Source: Camelus ferus
Lineage: Eukaryota
Reading direction: 5' to 3'
Length of the DNA: 64,000 bases
Assembly: GCF_009834535.1 (NCBI RefSeq)
Contig: NC_045704.1
Span: 39,680,001 to 39,744,000 of the forward strand
The position numbers and the translations under genes were made by a program. The stretch's first letter is position 1, and the number at the start of each line of letters is the position of its first letter. Shown here piece after piece: positions 48,535 to 61,329 of this stretch. The notes beneath the pieces are model-generated. The model did no database searches, had not been told where the DNA came from, and saw only the letters and a list, made by a program, of their open reading frames with translations.

Positions 48535-48797
48535 CAGTGGTTCTCTGACTAGAATAAGTGTTGCTTGGAGACAGATTCCTNNNNNNNNNNNNNNNNNNNN
48601 NNNNNNNNNNNNNNNNNNNNNNNNNNNNNNNNNNNNNNNNNNNNNNNNNNNNNNNNNNNNNNNNNNNNNNNNNNNNNNNNNNNNNNNNNNNNNNNNNNNN
48701 NNNNNNNNNNNNNNNNNNNNNNNNNNNNNNNNNNNNNNNNNNNNNNNNNNNNNNNNNNNNNNNNNAGGACTTGTTGCATGTGGCCCAGAAACTACTG
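48535..48797. mobile_element. Possible MER5-family MITE spanning the third gap
   Basis: cagtggttctc before the gap and ...gaaactactg after it resemble MER5 termini; the middle is unsequenced. Confidence 0.35.
48581..48765. other. Assembly gap (185 N)
   Basis: Run of n. Confidence 1.
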
Positions 48798-51700
48798 TGA
48801 AATCTTGATGTGTCTGAAGGTTTTCTTTCCTCTTTTTATTTATACTGGACCACTGAGTCATAGTTCATGGTCTTCCTTCCAATCCTCATTCACCACAATG
48901 TTCAGTTTAGGCAATTATGCCTATTTTAAAGATGATAAAGGTAATCTTAAAAGCTGTGAGACCTAGGGCAGGTAGAGGGCACAATTTCGATTCCAGCCCC
49001 GTTTTATTTGGCTATAATCACAGCACCCTCCATCTGTAAATCTTTCCTCTCCTTTCCATTTGAAGTCGAGTGTAAAATAGCACAACCAAATAAGCAAAAT
49101 CACTGAAAGAAAAGCTTAGCTTTGAGAGCAAAAACTCTCATTTAACATTATCTGAATAGAATTTCTGCAGCTTAATTTAATAAATGAGGCATCGTTTTTA
49201 GACTCCAAGTATAATAAACTCTCATTTGCATTGACTGGATTCATAAATTCATGCTGTTAAAAACCTGTTTCTGTCAGGGCTGGCCCCGGCGCCCACAGCT
49301 TTCACTCACATTCCAGTTCTGAGCGGCAGGAGGGAGTCTGCCCATCACAATCATCAGCTGTCCTTAGTTCATTTCCTTTAGAGCTACCTGAGAAAGCGGC
49401 AGGAAGCCTGACAGGGCGCAGGCTGCTCATCTAAAACGAGCTCTCCGCTGCTCCAAAAAAAGGGTGGGGAGGTGAAGCCCTGCTCCACACACTGACTGTT
49501 GTTCTTGGCAAAGAACCACGGCAGGATGCTGAGAGTCCAAGATTCTTGAAAAACACTGAGGAAGGGTTCGGATTTACACACACAAAAAGGAGCAGAAGCA
49601 ACCTTCTCAGGCAGTTACATACTTAAGAAAAAAGAGGAACGGAGGTGATTGTGTTGATAGCTGTTAAGAGCCTTACTTCTTGCCCTTAAGTTGCAATAAT
49701 GATACAAATGACTCAAAATAAATAGACTTCCTCTTGGCAGAGTAAATGGTATGAAGTGAGGATTGGCATTTGACACAAGAGTTCGCAGAACTTACGGAAC
49801 ATGACCGGGCACGTGCAGAGAAAATCACTACGAAAAGTGAACTCCAGGGGCAGACCCACCGTTGAATGGATTTGGGGGTAGACTGAAATCTTCCCTACAG
49901 GCCCTGAAATGTTAAAATGGATTTCCATCTGTGGGACGTGGTAGGATAAAACAAACTGACTCAGGAGAAGAGATTTCATAGCCCAGGCGCCCCCTTATTA
50001 AAATCACAGACGCACAGGCTTGAATCCGGAGTCTGACACTCGCTAGTTGAGTGCTTCTGTTCCGTCACCTACCGCCCGGAGTCACTGCTAAATGATTCAT
50101 GCAATCATAGCATGTTTCTGGTAATGGGGCTATTGTCTGTCTTAACATCTAGCAGGTCTCTTAAACGTGGTCTACATTTTATTTTGAAATCCATCAGAGA
50201 ATATCCAGAGTGCAGAGAGGTCCCACAGGGGTTTATCTGCCAAATGTACCGAATAACCTCTGATGTCTCTCCCAGCTCTAAGAGACTGTAATTCTGTGAG
50301 CGTCAGATACTAACTCAATTATGATTATATGTATATATATTAAAAAATACATAAAATATATATAATTGTTTCCCAATGCACTTGTTAATTAATAAAAGAT
50401 TTACTGAGCACCTAATAGATTCACTATGTACAGAACAACTGGTGGGGAAAAATGTATATAATGTCATCTCTGATCCCATTACTATATGTTGCAGTCTCTT
50501 TAAGTGCAATGGCATGAATATAAATCTACTATATGAAAGTACCTTCCCAGCTTGGAAGAACATGAATCAGGCATGGGTCTATTTCTAGACAACACTTTTT
50601 TTTTTAACCCAGAGACAGGTATTTGATTCAACTGGAGAATTAAGATGCTTCCCTAGGACAGATATGTGGGTGCCGAAAGGATAAGAAAGCCATTCTTTTA
50701 GTTCGAGGTCCTAATGTTAATAGAACGTTTTTCAAAGCTATGCATCAGACCATTTGCTCAAGATTTTACACGTAGTATCTCTGATCTTCAAAACATTTCT
50801 TAAAGGCATGTATGATTATCTGCATATTAAACATGCAACACAATGTACATTATTTCCTACAAGGTCACCTCTTTACTAAATGTAGGACGCTGAGCTTCTA
50901 CCCAGGTTCATAAGATGCTACATAATCCATGCACTTTTAATTGACAAGATAATGTGAGCTTAATGTGCTGACGTGGATGTCTACGTGGAGCCATTAAGCC
51001 ATGTGGTTTAGAAACTTAAGAGAGACCTGGTTTAGAGATCCCTATTTGTGTGTCATCACGATCTAAGCAAAATCCAGACTCAAGGGAAGGATAAGAATAG
51101 AAATTCAAGCAGAAAATATTGGAGAATGTCTCTTTTCCAAAGTGAAAGTTGAAAAGAGGTTATCAAAGGCATTGAAAAATGAGAAACAAAGCAGCTACAA
51201 TTGGATAAAAGGGGAACCTCCAAAACCAAGAAAGAAACAAGAGGAACGGAGTTCATCAAAGTAAGAAGAAAATGAACAAAAGTTTTTCAACCCCCTGAGG
51301 AGTGTTATGAAGGAAGCTTCTATTTTTGTTGTTGGTTTGGTTTTGGATGGTACAGTATAAGCATCATGTATTATTCCTGAAGGCAGTGGGAGGGCTGGTG
51401 AAAAGGTGAAGAGATTAAGGCCAAGGTGGACTGCATGGTAGAGCATATGGGCCTCCTCCACTCTGTTCACGAGAAAAAACGTCTTTGAGAACACTTTGTG
51501 TATGTGTGTGAGTGTGAGTGTGTGTTTAATTTCATTTTTAAATTGGGCCTGCCTCCTATAATGTTCGGAGTATCTCTCTCCGTGATAAGACGATTGAACT
51601 GTGAGCAGAAATATCACCCAATCAAGACTAACCAGAACCTTTCCAAGGAGTAACATGAGAGTGCTAGATGAACATGGACCTCACTCTTCCTACTGTCTTT

Positions 51701-54144
51701 TGAGTTTGAAGGAAGAGTCAAGCCTCTAGGTGTCAACAACCCTCTTACCCAGGTGCTTAGCAGAAGCAGTCTCCATAAGGATTTCCACTCAGACAGGAAA
51801 GCAGAAATGAGACGTGGAGAGAGACAGAGTTAAGATCGAACGAGCCTGTACAAATACAGGTGGATATGGATTCAGAAACCGCTCACACCAGCTTAAGTCA
51901 AAAAGGCGACTATATAATTATTTAGAGACCTGAATAATGTGTATGTGATTCCCTGGAGGTTTTTTTTATCTCTCCTTCATACCACAGAGCCTATGGTCCA
52001 ATAAAGCCACATGCACAGTCATACAGAGGAATCGTTCACAGGTTGCTAAGAAACCTGGAGTGCAGTTCATGAAAATGATGTTATGGAAACTAAATAAACC
52101 CAGAGACATAAATTCCTAAATGATGATCTGAAAAAAAAAAGACCCACAACTTCTCAGTCTCCAGTTATAGATTAAATTTCCCTCAGATTTATAATTTGTA
52201 AACTGATACCCAATAATTCTACACTTAATTTTTCCGCTTGTTAGTGCATTAAAAACCCCACATATCCCAATGCCCTCATCTCAAATATTTGAAATAAACA
52301 TGAGTTCCCATGACTCCCTTTAGTCTTATCTGTCAGGTTTGCCTAATTCTCAGACTCATCATTTGTGAGTCACTAACCCAGGGCTGAAAATACAGTAAGC
52401 AATTTGCATGCATTAACCATCACAAGAGTTTTACAGTGTAGGTATAATTAGTCCTATTTTGAATTAAACAGTCTGAGGTTTAGAGAGAGTGAGTAACTTG
52501 ACCAATGAATCTAGTAATGAGTCTAAGTGACACTTCTACATAATAATTTAAGAGGCTATGAACAGCAGAACCATACAAAGAAATGCATTCCTTGAAATGA
52601 GAAAATATATTTGACTTTCAATAAAAGAGAGTTTTGGAAAATGATGAAGGCATATACTCAGTTTACCACAGACACCCATTTGATAATGGAATGCTTTACT
52701 AAGTGGATGCAGACATCCCTCTCTGAACCAGGCTGGTGTTAGTGTGAGGATGGGGGTACGGATCAACCTGTGTCAGGGGTAAGGAGTCCGCACACAGAAC
52801 AGCATCTGCTTCATTCTATTACACCTGGCAACGCAGGGTCCACCTGGCTCACATAAATCAATGTGGGAAGAGGTGCAGTAAGTACCATGAAATCCAAGAC
52901 ACCCAGTTCTGAAAGTTCCGAACCACTCAGAACATTACGTGGAACTCTTACTGTTGATATCACAGCCTCTAAGAAGTCTGAGAGCAGACTCAAAAGAAAG
53001 AAAATTTTAGATATTCTCAAGGTTTTTTTTCCCAAACTTCCAAAGCACATAATACATTAAATAGTTTAGAAAATATAGAAGCTATGTCACAGCAGCGTGT
53101 GCTCTGCACATTTTTTTTGTTTCAGTGTCTTAAGTGGTACCTTTCTCATGGGCAGTAGTTGTAGGAGTTATGACATCCTGGATGATGATACCCAGCAGAT
53201 CTGAGATCAGAGTGAGAGTGCTCAATCCGAACTCCATCTGCTTGGGCAGATGGCAAAGTACACTGAGTTTCTCCAAGTCTCCCAGTTCTCAGTGCCCCAT
53301 CAACACATTGATTTCCTGGTAAGAACATATGGAAGGTTTGAGAGGGGGAAAAAAGGTTTTGTATTTTTACACTGAGTGTGTTGACAATAAGTCTATGATT
53401 CTTTCTGACATGACCTTGAGAGTAATGAATGAATGCTTGTAGGATGACTCTCTTTATAGGAAGAAAGATGTGTACGACCTGAAAATAATAAAAGATGTCA
53501 AGTATATTGAAGTGTGGTACAAAGAATTTCATTTTATTCTCAGAGAAGCAGGAGACAATCTGAAGAAGACATAAATCTCTCTGTCTCCCTTTAGATCATG
53601 AAGGCTCTGTGATGGTCTATGAGGTTGGGCAGAAGATGTCACTGACATAAAAAAAGAAAAGAGGAAAAAAAGAGAAACAAATGTGAGCACCCTCCTGCCA
53701 AAAAAAAAAAAAAAAAAAAAAAGGCTGCTCAGCATTTTGATGGCGGAAATTCAAAATAGAAAATTCATACTGTTGTGGCATTTGTTGTCAGACACAGAAT
53801 GGTGGAGTAGGGGGAAAAATTGGCCCTGAACACAGAAAGTGGGCTGAAATTCTAGCTCCGCCTAGTAATTAGGTAAGTGAACTCTCTGCTCTTGTGTTTC
53901 CATATGTCGAATGATAGTAACGACCATCTTCCTTAGCAGGGCCAGTGTCTGCAACAGACCAAGCATAGGGACTGGCAGTCGTTTGTAAGGAGCACTGATG
54001 GTGAAAATAATGAGTGAGATAAAAACAAGGAAAATGACCAAATAGCATGACTCCAACCCCATGGAAACAGTATTTGTCATATGTTTGATGCTTTAACATT
54101 TTAAAAACACGCCTAATGCATTCCATAGTGGTATTATAAATAAC

Positions 54145-54187
54145 TGAATGAATGAGTGGATGAAACATTCATCCACTCATTTATTCA
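54145..54187. repeat. Inverted repeat (perfect 14-bp stem, 3-nt loop, extendable to 20 bp with one mismatch)
   Basis: AATGAGTGGATGAA (54151-54164) aca TTCATCCACTCATT (54168-54181), flanked by TGAAT and ATTCA. Confidence 0.95.
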
Positions 54188-56596
54188 TCCATTCACACAA
54201 TGTTCATTATTGACAGAAAAGTTAGATCTAGCCATGCACTTACGAAGCTTTCTTTTTAAGGGTATTATTTCTGCTTTTAAGGAGAAATGATAAAGCTCTG
54301 AAGACTGATTTCCTGAAGGTCACAAAGGTAGGAAATGAAAAAATTAGAACGTCTCCCATCAAGTCCACGTGCCTAGCCAGCCCCACGGACTGCATGAAGG
54401 TAACGGGACGTGAGCTACTGGGGCTACAAAGGGCCAAAGATTTGGGTTCAAAAGGCTGCAGGTTTCTTTTGATGAAAGCAGGTCAGAACTAATATTAACA
54501 TCACTGGCTGACAGGAGAGCCAGTCCACTCCAGTGCCTGACAAAAGCGCTCCTTTTCCTGAGCTGCTTCCTAAGGCTGCAGGAATGAAAACCATTCTGCA
54601 AGTATCTCTGTAGTACGCATACATAATAGGCCCTCTGTGCTCCACTGCTGTATTTCAACGCTACAGAGTTCATGTGGGGAATAGCCTAGGTTGATTGCGT
54701 AGTGCATCTGTCCTCCTTTCCCTCTCTCTTTCCTTCTCTCTCTTTCTTTCTCTTTCTCTCAGGCTGCACATGATATCAAGACTCTTCTCGTGATACCTTG
54801 GAAATACATCATCACTTTTGAATCTGAATGGGGATTCCGACTTCCAGGAATGAGCGTTGGAGGGGGCAGCACGAGGGCTGTCAGCAAGCTATCTCCTTTT
54901 CAGGATCTGAATGTGCTCTCTGAGGTGGGTCCAACGGATTTCTCACTGACTCTGTGGACTTCTTGATATTCTGCCATTATTTCTGCATAAGCCAACGGAA
55001 AGGATTTTATTTTGTTATCAACTGAAATTCCAGGATAGAAACAGTACTGGGAATGAGAGTTTATCATTTGGTGAGAGTTCCACTGAGAACACAACTGCAC
55101 ACATATAACTACGGCACAGTGGACACTGATAGAGACCTTGATTGCAAACCAAAGTCGGAAGAGTGTGAGCAGCTAAATGGTTCTGAAGCACAATCCCTTG
55201 TTATTCAAGCTGGTGGTAACTTGCTCTTATCTTCGGGGGGATTCACTTAGCAAACAATTCAAACACATCTAAAAAATGCATACTAATCCATTTGAGAAAA
55301 ATAGTCTGGAATGTGGACATCCAGTATAAATGCCAGTTTCCAGAATACCTAATAGCACAGGAAATCAACGGGCTCAAACTGCATAATATAAAAAGCCAGA
55401 AATGTGAAAAAAGAGCACACAGCCATGGAATTTGGGCAACACTTGTTTAAAAAAGGGTGAACTCTCACTGCTGTGGAGTTAAGATTAGTCACTTAAATTC
55501 TCCTCAGAGATTTCCCTACCTTCTCCCACTTACACAATAGTTAACCTTCTGAGAGACGCTGGGACGGCGGCTCTTAATGGCAGACAGACCAGTATTTGCC
55601 TGTGATTCTCCAGCCCCAGGGAGTGTCTAGAGTATAGTAAATGTGCAACAATGTCTGTATAAGTAACAAAGGGAAGCAAGAGGCAGGAAGTTGGGGAGGA
55701 CAAATCTTAAAAATCATTGGTTAAAAAAAAATATCGTAATATGGAGGTACTACTATTCTGTATTTCTCTAAGACCATTTACCTCAAAGACTTCTTCACAG
55801 TATGTTCATAGAAAAGTGCCTTCTCTCCAAAACCTGTGTCTTTAAAAACATGATGACTCAACTGTCAACATGACAAATTCTTTCCTATGGACAAGATGAG
55901 TTTGACGTGAAGGGTAACTGAAACCGGTGCAAATGGGATACCTATGAAGCATTCTGAAGTCTGAAACTGAATAATACAGCTTAGGAAAAAAATACCCCAG
56001 AATCCCTGGGAGGTGCAGTGAATGGATCAGGAAAGTTTCTTCTTACGTACTTAAGGGTGTGGAGGTGAAGAACAACCTTTAAGATCTTGCTTGCCTGACA
56101 CTGATGTAGGACATCTGAACTCTAAGCTTCCGATACTGAATTCACCACGTCTGAACTGTATGTTCATGGACACATTGTATTTAGTAATTCATTTTTTTTT
56201 CTTCATAACCACAATACATAGATTCTTACAGGCTTATTAAAGAGCTTGTCACATGGCCGGAACCAGCAAGCACTCAGTACCTATTAGCTTTAGTGGTTGT
56301 CTGTTATTTTCATCCTTCTATTTGTGGTGGTTTCACTGTTATTACAGCACAGAATCATGTAAAATGTGTCACTGCATTAAACAGCCTTTTCCCCCTCCAT
56401 CCGTGTTCAGTTTAAGTCCAGAATCTAAAGATTTGTAATTTTTTCCTCTTTTGGCAAGGAAGCCCTACTATCTTTGGATGCTTTGAAATTTTCTTCTGCT
56501 CTTGTATTAAAATCTTTATACAACTTCAAAAGGTATGCCAGCATCTTAGTGAGCATGTTGGCCTAGCAGTTCTGCAGCACAAGTTCTCACTGTGCA

Positions 56597-56620
56597 TGTG
56601 TGTGTGTGTGTGTGTGTGTG
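56597..56620. repeat. (TG)12 microsatellite
   Basis: Read directly. Confidence 0.95.
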
Positions 56621-58076
56621 TATTTCTCTCTGTACAATCCATGCTTTCCTCAGCCCATTTAGTCAGAAGGCTAGGACTGCCTCCCTGGTGACAGACACTG
56701 AGGGTTCTGCCGCTGTTGCCACTACCGCTCCTTCTGCTGGTGGCAGTGGTGGTGTAACGCTTTGGTATGGCAAACACGTTTATACAAATAAAATGCTCGA
56801 AGACGTTTGCTGCAAACTAGTGTTTGGAAGTTGAAGAATTCTGATTGGCTTATAATTAGTCATACACTATCAATTTCTAATTTTTCTTCATGGTAAACCG
56901 AAGAGAACAAAGATGTACTGATGATCCCCTACCACATGTCAGGCTCTGTACATTGATTACATGTATTGCCCCTCATATCGCAGATGAGGAAACTGACATT
57001 CTTTGACCTTAAGCCACCTGCACAAGCTCCCACCTCCTGTAAATGATCCAAATTCAGATATTTTTGACTCAAAGCCTGTGCTTTTTCCAATGGACTGACC
57101 CACTGTAATGGCAGCTACAAAGGGCTACTTCTAGCTGATTTTACTTATAACAAAGGGAAAATTGCATTCTGTGTGTGTGGAGCTGTAACACTCATGCTGC
57201 TTTCTGCCTAAAAGCCTCCTCACCTCCCTTCTGCTAATCTTTACCTTTTAATCCCTGTTTGAGCCTGCAAAGTGGAGAACCGCAGGCAAATATTTATTCA
57301 TGAAATGAGCCATTTTCCCCATTTCTAACCCATCCAAAACTGCTCTAGTTTCTCCTCAAACTTTTGAAAAGCAATTTGCTTCTGGACTAAAAAAAAAAAA
57401 AAGCAAAGAGAAATAAAGAATTCCAGCCCAGAGCCAGGAAAGATGAACCCAAAGTAAAAGTGTCTTCAGTAAGGTAGGCACTGCAATAAATCTTAGCTAC
57501 TGACAACACACATTTCAGATATTAAAGATGAGATATTATATAGGACATTTAAAATTGGGGTAAAAGGGTTCCCTCTCCCCTTGTGGATAAAGGGACGTAA
57601 GTAGAATGAAAAGTGAACTTGAGAAACATTAATAAGGCCAAGTTCCAGACAGCCTTTGCCATTAAATTAAAGATCTTCTCATTAATTAGTAAAATAACCT
57701 TTATTTACAGAGCAACATAAATTCTAGATAAACATCAGCAGATACTTTGCATGGGTGCCTCAATTCTACCATCATGCACCCAGGGCAAACATCACTAATC
57801 GATCAAGGCACTTGTTCTCAATGGATCAAAATTAGCCTAAGCATTTTTATGAACACAACATTCCAACCAGCCTCTATCAATCAACTGGAATGGACACAAA
57901 GGAACACACCTTTGTGCCAACCCAAACACAGAAGACAGAGAATATGGATGACTATGGGTTTTTAAATTTTGTTTTTCTTTTTATTTAAATTTACCCTCAG
58001 TTTTTTCTGTTTTGTTTGTTTTTTTTTTTTTTTTTTTTTTTTTTCGTGTAGTATCAGCCACTGTTCTTTTTTTGGA

Positions 58077-58223
58077 NNNNNNNNNNNNNNNNNNNNNNNN
58101 NNNNNNNNNNNNNNNNNNNNNNNNNNNNNNNNNNNNNNNNNNNNNNNNNNNNNNNNNNNNNNNNNNNNNNNNNNNNNNNNNNNNNNNNNNNNNNNNNNNN
58201 NNNNNNNNNNNNNNNNNNNNNNN
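58077..58223. other. Assembly gap (147 N)
   Basis: Run of n, near a T26 run at 58019-58044. Confidence 1.
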
Positions 58224-58550
58224 TTGAAACATAGGTGGGAAGTCATCTGATAAACAGAATGCGGAAACTGAAGAAAGGACTTTTCTAAGGGCATCCACGT
58301 GCTGAATTTCAGGTACTCACCGTTAGTCACCCTTCTAATCAGTGAATCCTCCCATAATTTCAGAAATGCTTTAAGACTATCAAATAAGAGGTGCCATTCA
58401 GCTACTAAATTATTCCACAAACATTCATTAAGCACCAATTTCATCCTAGATACTGTGGCACCTCCTCGAGAAATCACAATGAATCTTGTTTGGTTCCACT
58501 CTCAAGAAAGAATAATTTACCCAATTTGTAAACCCCCATGTTGAAATTCT

Positions 58551-58660
58551 TTTTTTTTTAATTGAAGTACAGTCAATTACAATGTGTCAATTTCTGGTGT
58601 ACAGCACAATGTCCCAGTCTTGCTTATACATACACATATTCGTTTTCCTATTTTTTCCCT
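58551..58660 (-). mobile_element. Very short camelid-type L1 3' tail (copy E)
   Basis: tttttttaattgaagtacagtcaattacaatgtgtcaatttctggtgtacagcacaatgtcccagtc...; 12-bp TSD tg(t/c)tgaaattct at 58539-58550 and 58661-58672. Confidence 0.92.
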
Positions 58661-59297
58661 TGCTGAAATTCTAGCATGCAGAAATATGCTCCTCTTCTCC
58701 TTTTAAGCCCTTATATAAGGATTTTACTTAGAGTGTGTGCAGAATTGATGCACTTCATCTAGAGACAATCCAAATATAGAAACTAAAGAACAGAAGTAGA
58801 AAGAGGAGACTAAGAAGGTAAGAAGAAAGTACTCAGGATTGTGTAATAAGACAGTGAAACCTTATAGAAACATGAGAGAAAGCACATTGATCTCCAGGGA
58901 AGCCCGGAGGAGGGCAAGGATGTATGTTTAGAAGGGCTCACAGCATGTACCCTGGCACAGGGATTTCATACAGAGAACAAAGGATGTGCCCTGGGACCCT
59001 TCGGCAGGCAGAACGGGAATGTCACCAATTCAGAGATTATAATATGGGACTTCTGCTGCATCAGATGCAGGAATAACATGTACATAGTGAGGAACACAGC
59101 CCTAAAGACCTCACACCCTTCTTTTCTTATTTACCAACCATGTAAATTGGTTACATGGGCAATTGATTTCAACAGTATTCACCCCATTTTCTTGATATGT
59201 TAAATTGTTACCATTGTAATAGTAATACCTCTTTTGGGGGGTTTGTTTTGTTTGCTTGTTTGAAGGATTACGGTGGTAATTATAAAGCCCTTAAAAC

Positions 59298-59505
59298 CAG
59301 AGTCCACAATCTACAGCCCTCAGGCTAATGCTGGTCAATCCTGTTTTTGTAAATAAAGATTTGTTGGGACAGACACTCTCATTCATTTGCCTTACAGCTA
59401 AGGTGTTCTTCCTGCTCCAGGGGCAGAGCTCCGTAGTTACAACAGAGCCTGCATGCACATGATATTTACCATCTAACCCCTTCTAGAAGAGCTGGCCAAT
59501 CCCTA
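59298..59505 (+). mobile_element. MER58A hAT-Charlie MITE
   Basis: ctacagccctcaggc...cctgtttttgtaaataaagatttgttggg...ggcagagctccgtagttacaacagag...atatttaccatctaacccc...gccaatccct. Confidence 0.88.
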
Positions 59506-59624
59506 AACTCCTAGCTCAGAACACTGCCAAGACCACGTGCGTTTTTATTAAAAACACAATACCAGAAAACTGTTACACAGTGCAGACAGAGTCTCCTCTC
59601 AGATATAAAATGCCCCAAAGAACA

Positions 59625-59840
59625 AAAGGGCTAGATCTGGGTTTGAAACCAAGTTCTGCAGTTTACCAGCAGGGTGACCTTGAACATGTCACTTCATCTT
59701 CCTGTGGCTCAGCTCCTCATCTACACAGTAAGGAGGGATGACAATATCACCATGCCAAAGATAAAACAAGAGAGTGTTTCCCAAATATTTAGTAGTGTGT
59801 CTGGCACACGGCACACACTAAGGAAGTATTAGCTGTTATG
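59625..59840 (+). mobile_element. MIR SINE
   Basis: gatctgggtttgaaaccaagttctgcagtttaccagcagggtgaccttgaacatgtcacttcatcttcctgtggctcagctcctcatctacac...gtgtctggcacac...tattagctgtt. Confidence 0.9.
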
Positions 59841-60839
59841 GCTTATGCCTGTGGGCGACAGAACCAAACAGATTTACAAGGATTTAAACAGTGAAATAAG
59901 GAAATCTGGAAAAATTGTCTGAGGAATGTAAATGAGAACCAGTAGTACCTTATCCGCTATTTTAAGATGCGATAACTATCAATGATACTGCTTATACTTA
60001 TTAAACTGCTTCATCATTTTCTTATAACTCTAACAAACTTATTCATTATTGCTTTCCTCAACCTAAATTTCTCAAGAAGACATATTTCTTAGATCCACGG
60101 CTTCTACTTCAGGGGTCTGTGGGAATCTAACATTGGACATGAGGTTTCTAAACTCTTCCTCGATTAGAGGATACGGAGAAAGAGCCTGCAGAATAATGCA
60201 TGGAGTCAGTCTGCCTACCTATGTATCCATCTAGCTGTGCAAACCTACACAGAATAATTCATCTACTCTTCTCAGAGATTAATGGGGGTCAAGAAAATCT
60301 TCAGAAGTAAGTAAATAGTGAGCTGAACCACAGGATGTTTGGGGTGGTGGTGGCTGTGGTGTGTTGGGAACAGAAAGGGGAGTGAGAGAACTATTCCAGA
60401 CAGAAGTGACCGCATGAAGAATTCTGACTCAGGAATTGAGAAGCAATATATATGGTAAATTAAGACTCTCAGGTTGTGGAATAATCTGGAACTAGAAAAT
60501 AAAAGCCAACCTTAATAGGACTGACAAGACTCTGTTGGTAACAAAAACATAAAATTTCTTCATAATCCCTTTTTTTTCCTCTTCTCTCCTTCACTCCATC
60601 TCTCTCTCTCTTTCTGCCCCTCCTCTCCTCTGACCATGCTGCTGGCTTTCAGGAAAGAGATGTATTATCTTATTTTTACTTATGTCTTACCACTGTGCCC
60701 TCATCTTCTAGAATAATGACTGGTACATGAAAAACACTTAATAATACTTATCAAACAAATAGTCAAATTCACTTCTTATATAAAAATCACAAGCTGTGAT
60801 TAGTGACAGCAAATCCTTACAATGTAATGGCTGAAGCAC

Positions 60840-61085
60840 TCCCTTCTGAAGTCCCACGATCTGTGTGAGAAAGGGTCTTCTCTAGTCCCTCGTTGTGGGA
60901 AACTGGGCAAGTCATTTAAACTTCCTTAGTTTTAGCTTCCTTACCGGCAGAAAGGGGATGAATAATAATAATGATGCTCTCTTCTTTGAGCTGTGGTAAA
61001 GATTCAATAAATTAATGTGTGCTGAGCTATTTTAAAAGTGCCATGTCCATAGTGCACGCTCAATGGACACGAGCCATTCTTATTT
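60840..61085 (+). mobile_element. MIR SINE
   Basis: aactgggcaagtcatttaaacttccttagttttagcttccttaccggcagaaaggggatgaataata...gtagtgcacgctcaatggacac. Confidence 0.8.
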
Positions 61086-61329
61086 CTAGATATAACACTA
61101 GCAATCTCAGCTATCTGTGGTACTAAAGTTGTGTAACGTACATGAATTGATCAATTTATTATGATGGAAATTTGAGTCCCAGCAACTCTGAGTCTGAGCC
61201 CAGAGTGGGGGCATAGGGGTGGAAACTAAAGCAGCCTGTCCCTTAGCTTAGGCGTGAGCCCAGAGGGTCTCTGTAGTTTGGTAAAGTACATTTTTATGAA
61301 GCAATTTGTATGCTGCCATGAAAGTTTTT

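Noticed and set aside
56710-56752. 15-bp hairpin in a CCR/TGG-rich tract
   Set aside because: It depends on five G-U pairs on the plus strand, which become A-C mismatches in the CDH8 transcript; low-complexity origin.
9092-58223. Four similar-sized N blocks (138-188 bp)
   Set aside because: Scaffold gaps of a short-read assembly, at least two beside simple repeats; not biological, although hidden content cannot be excluded.
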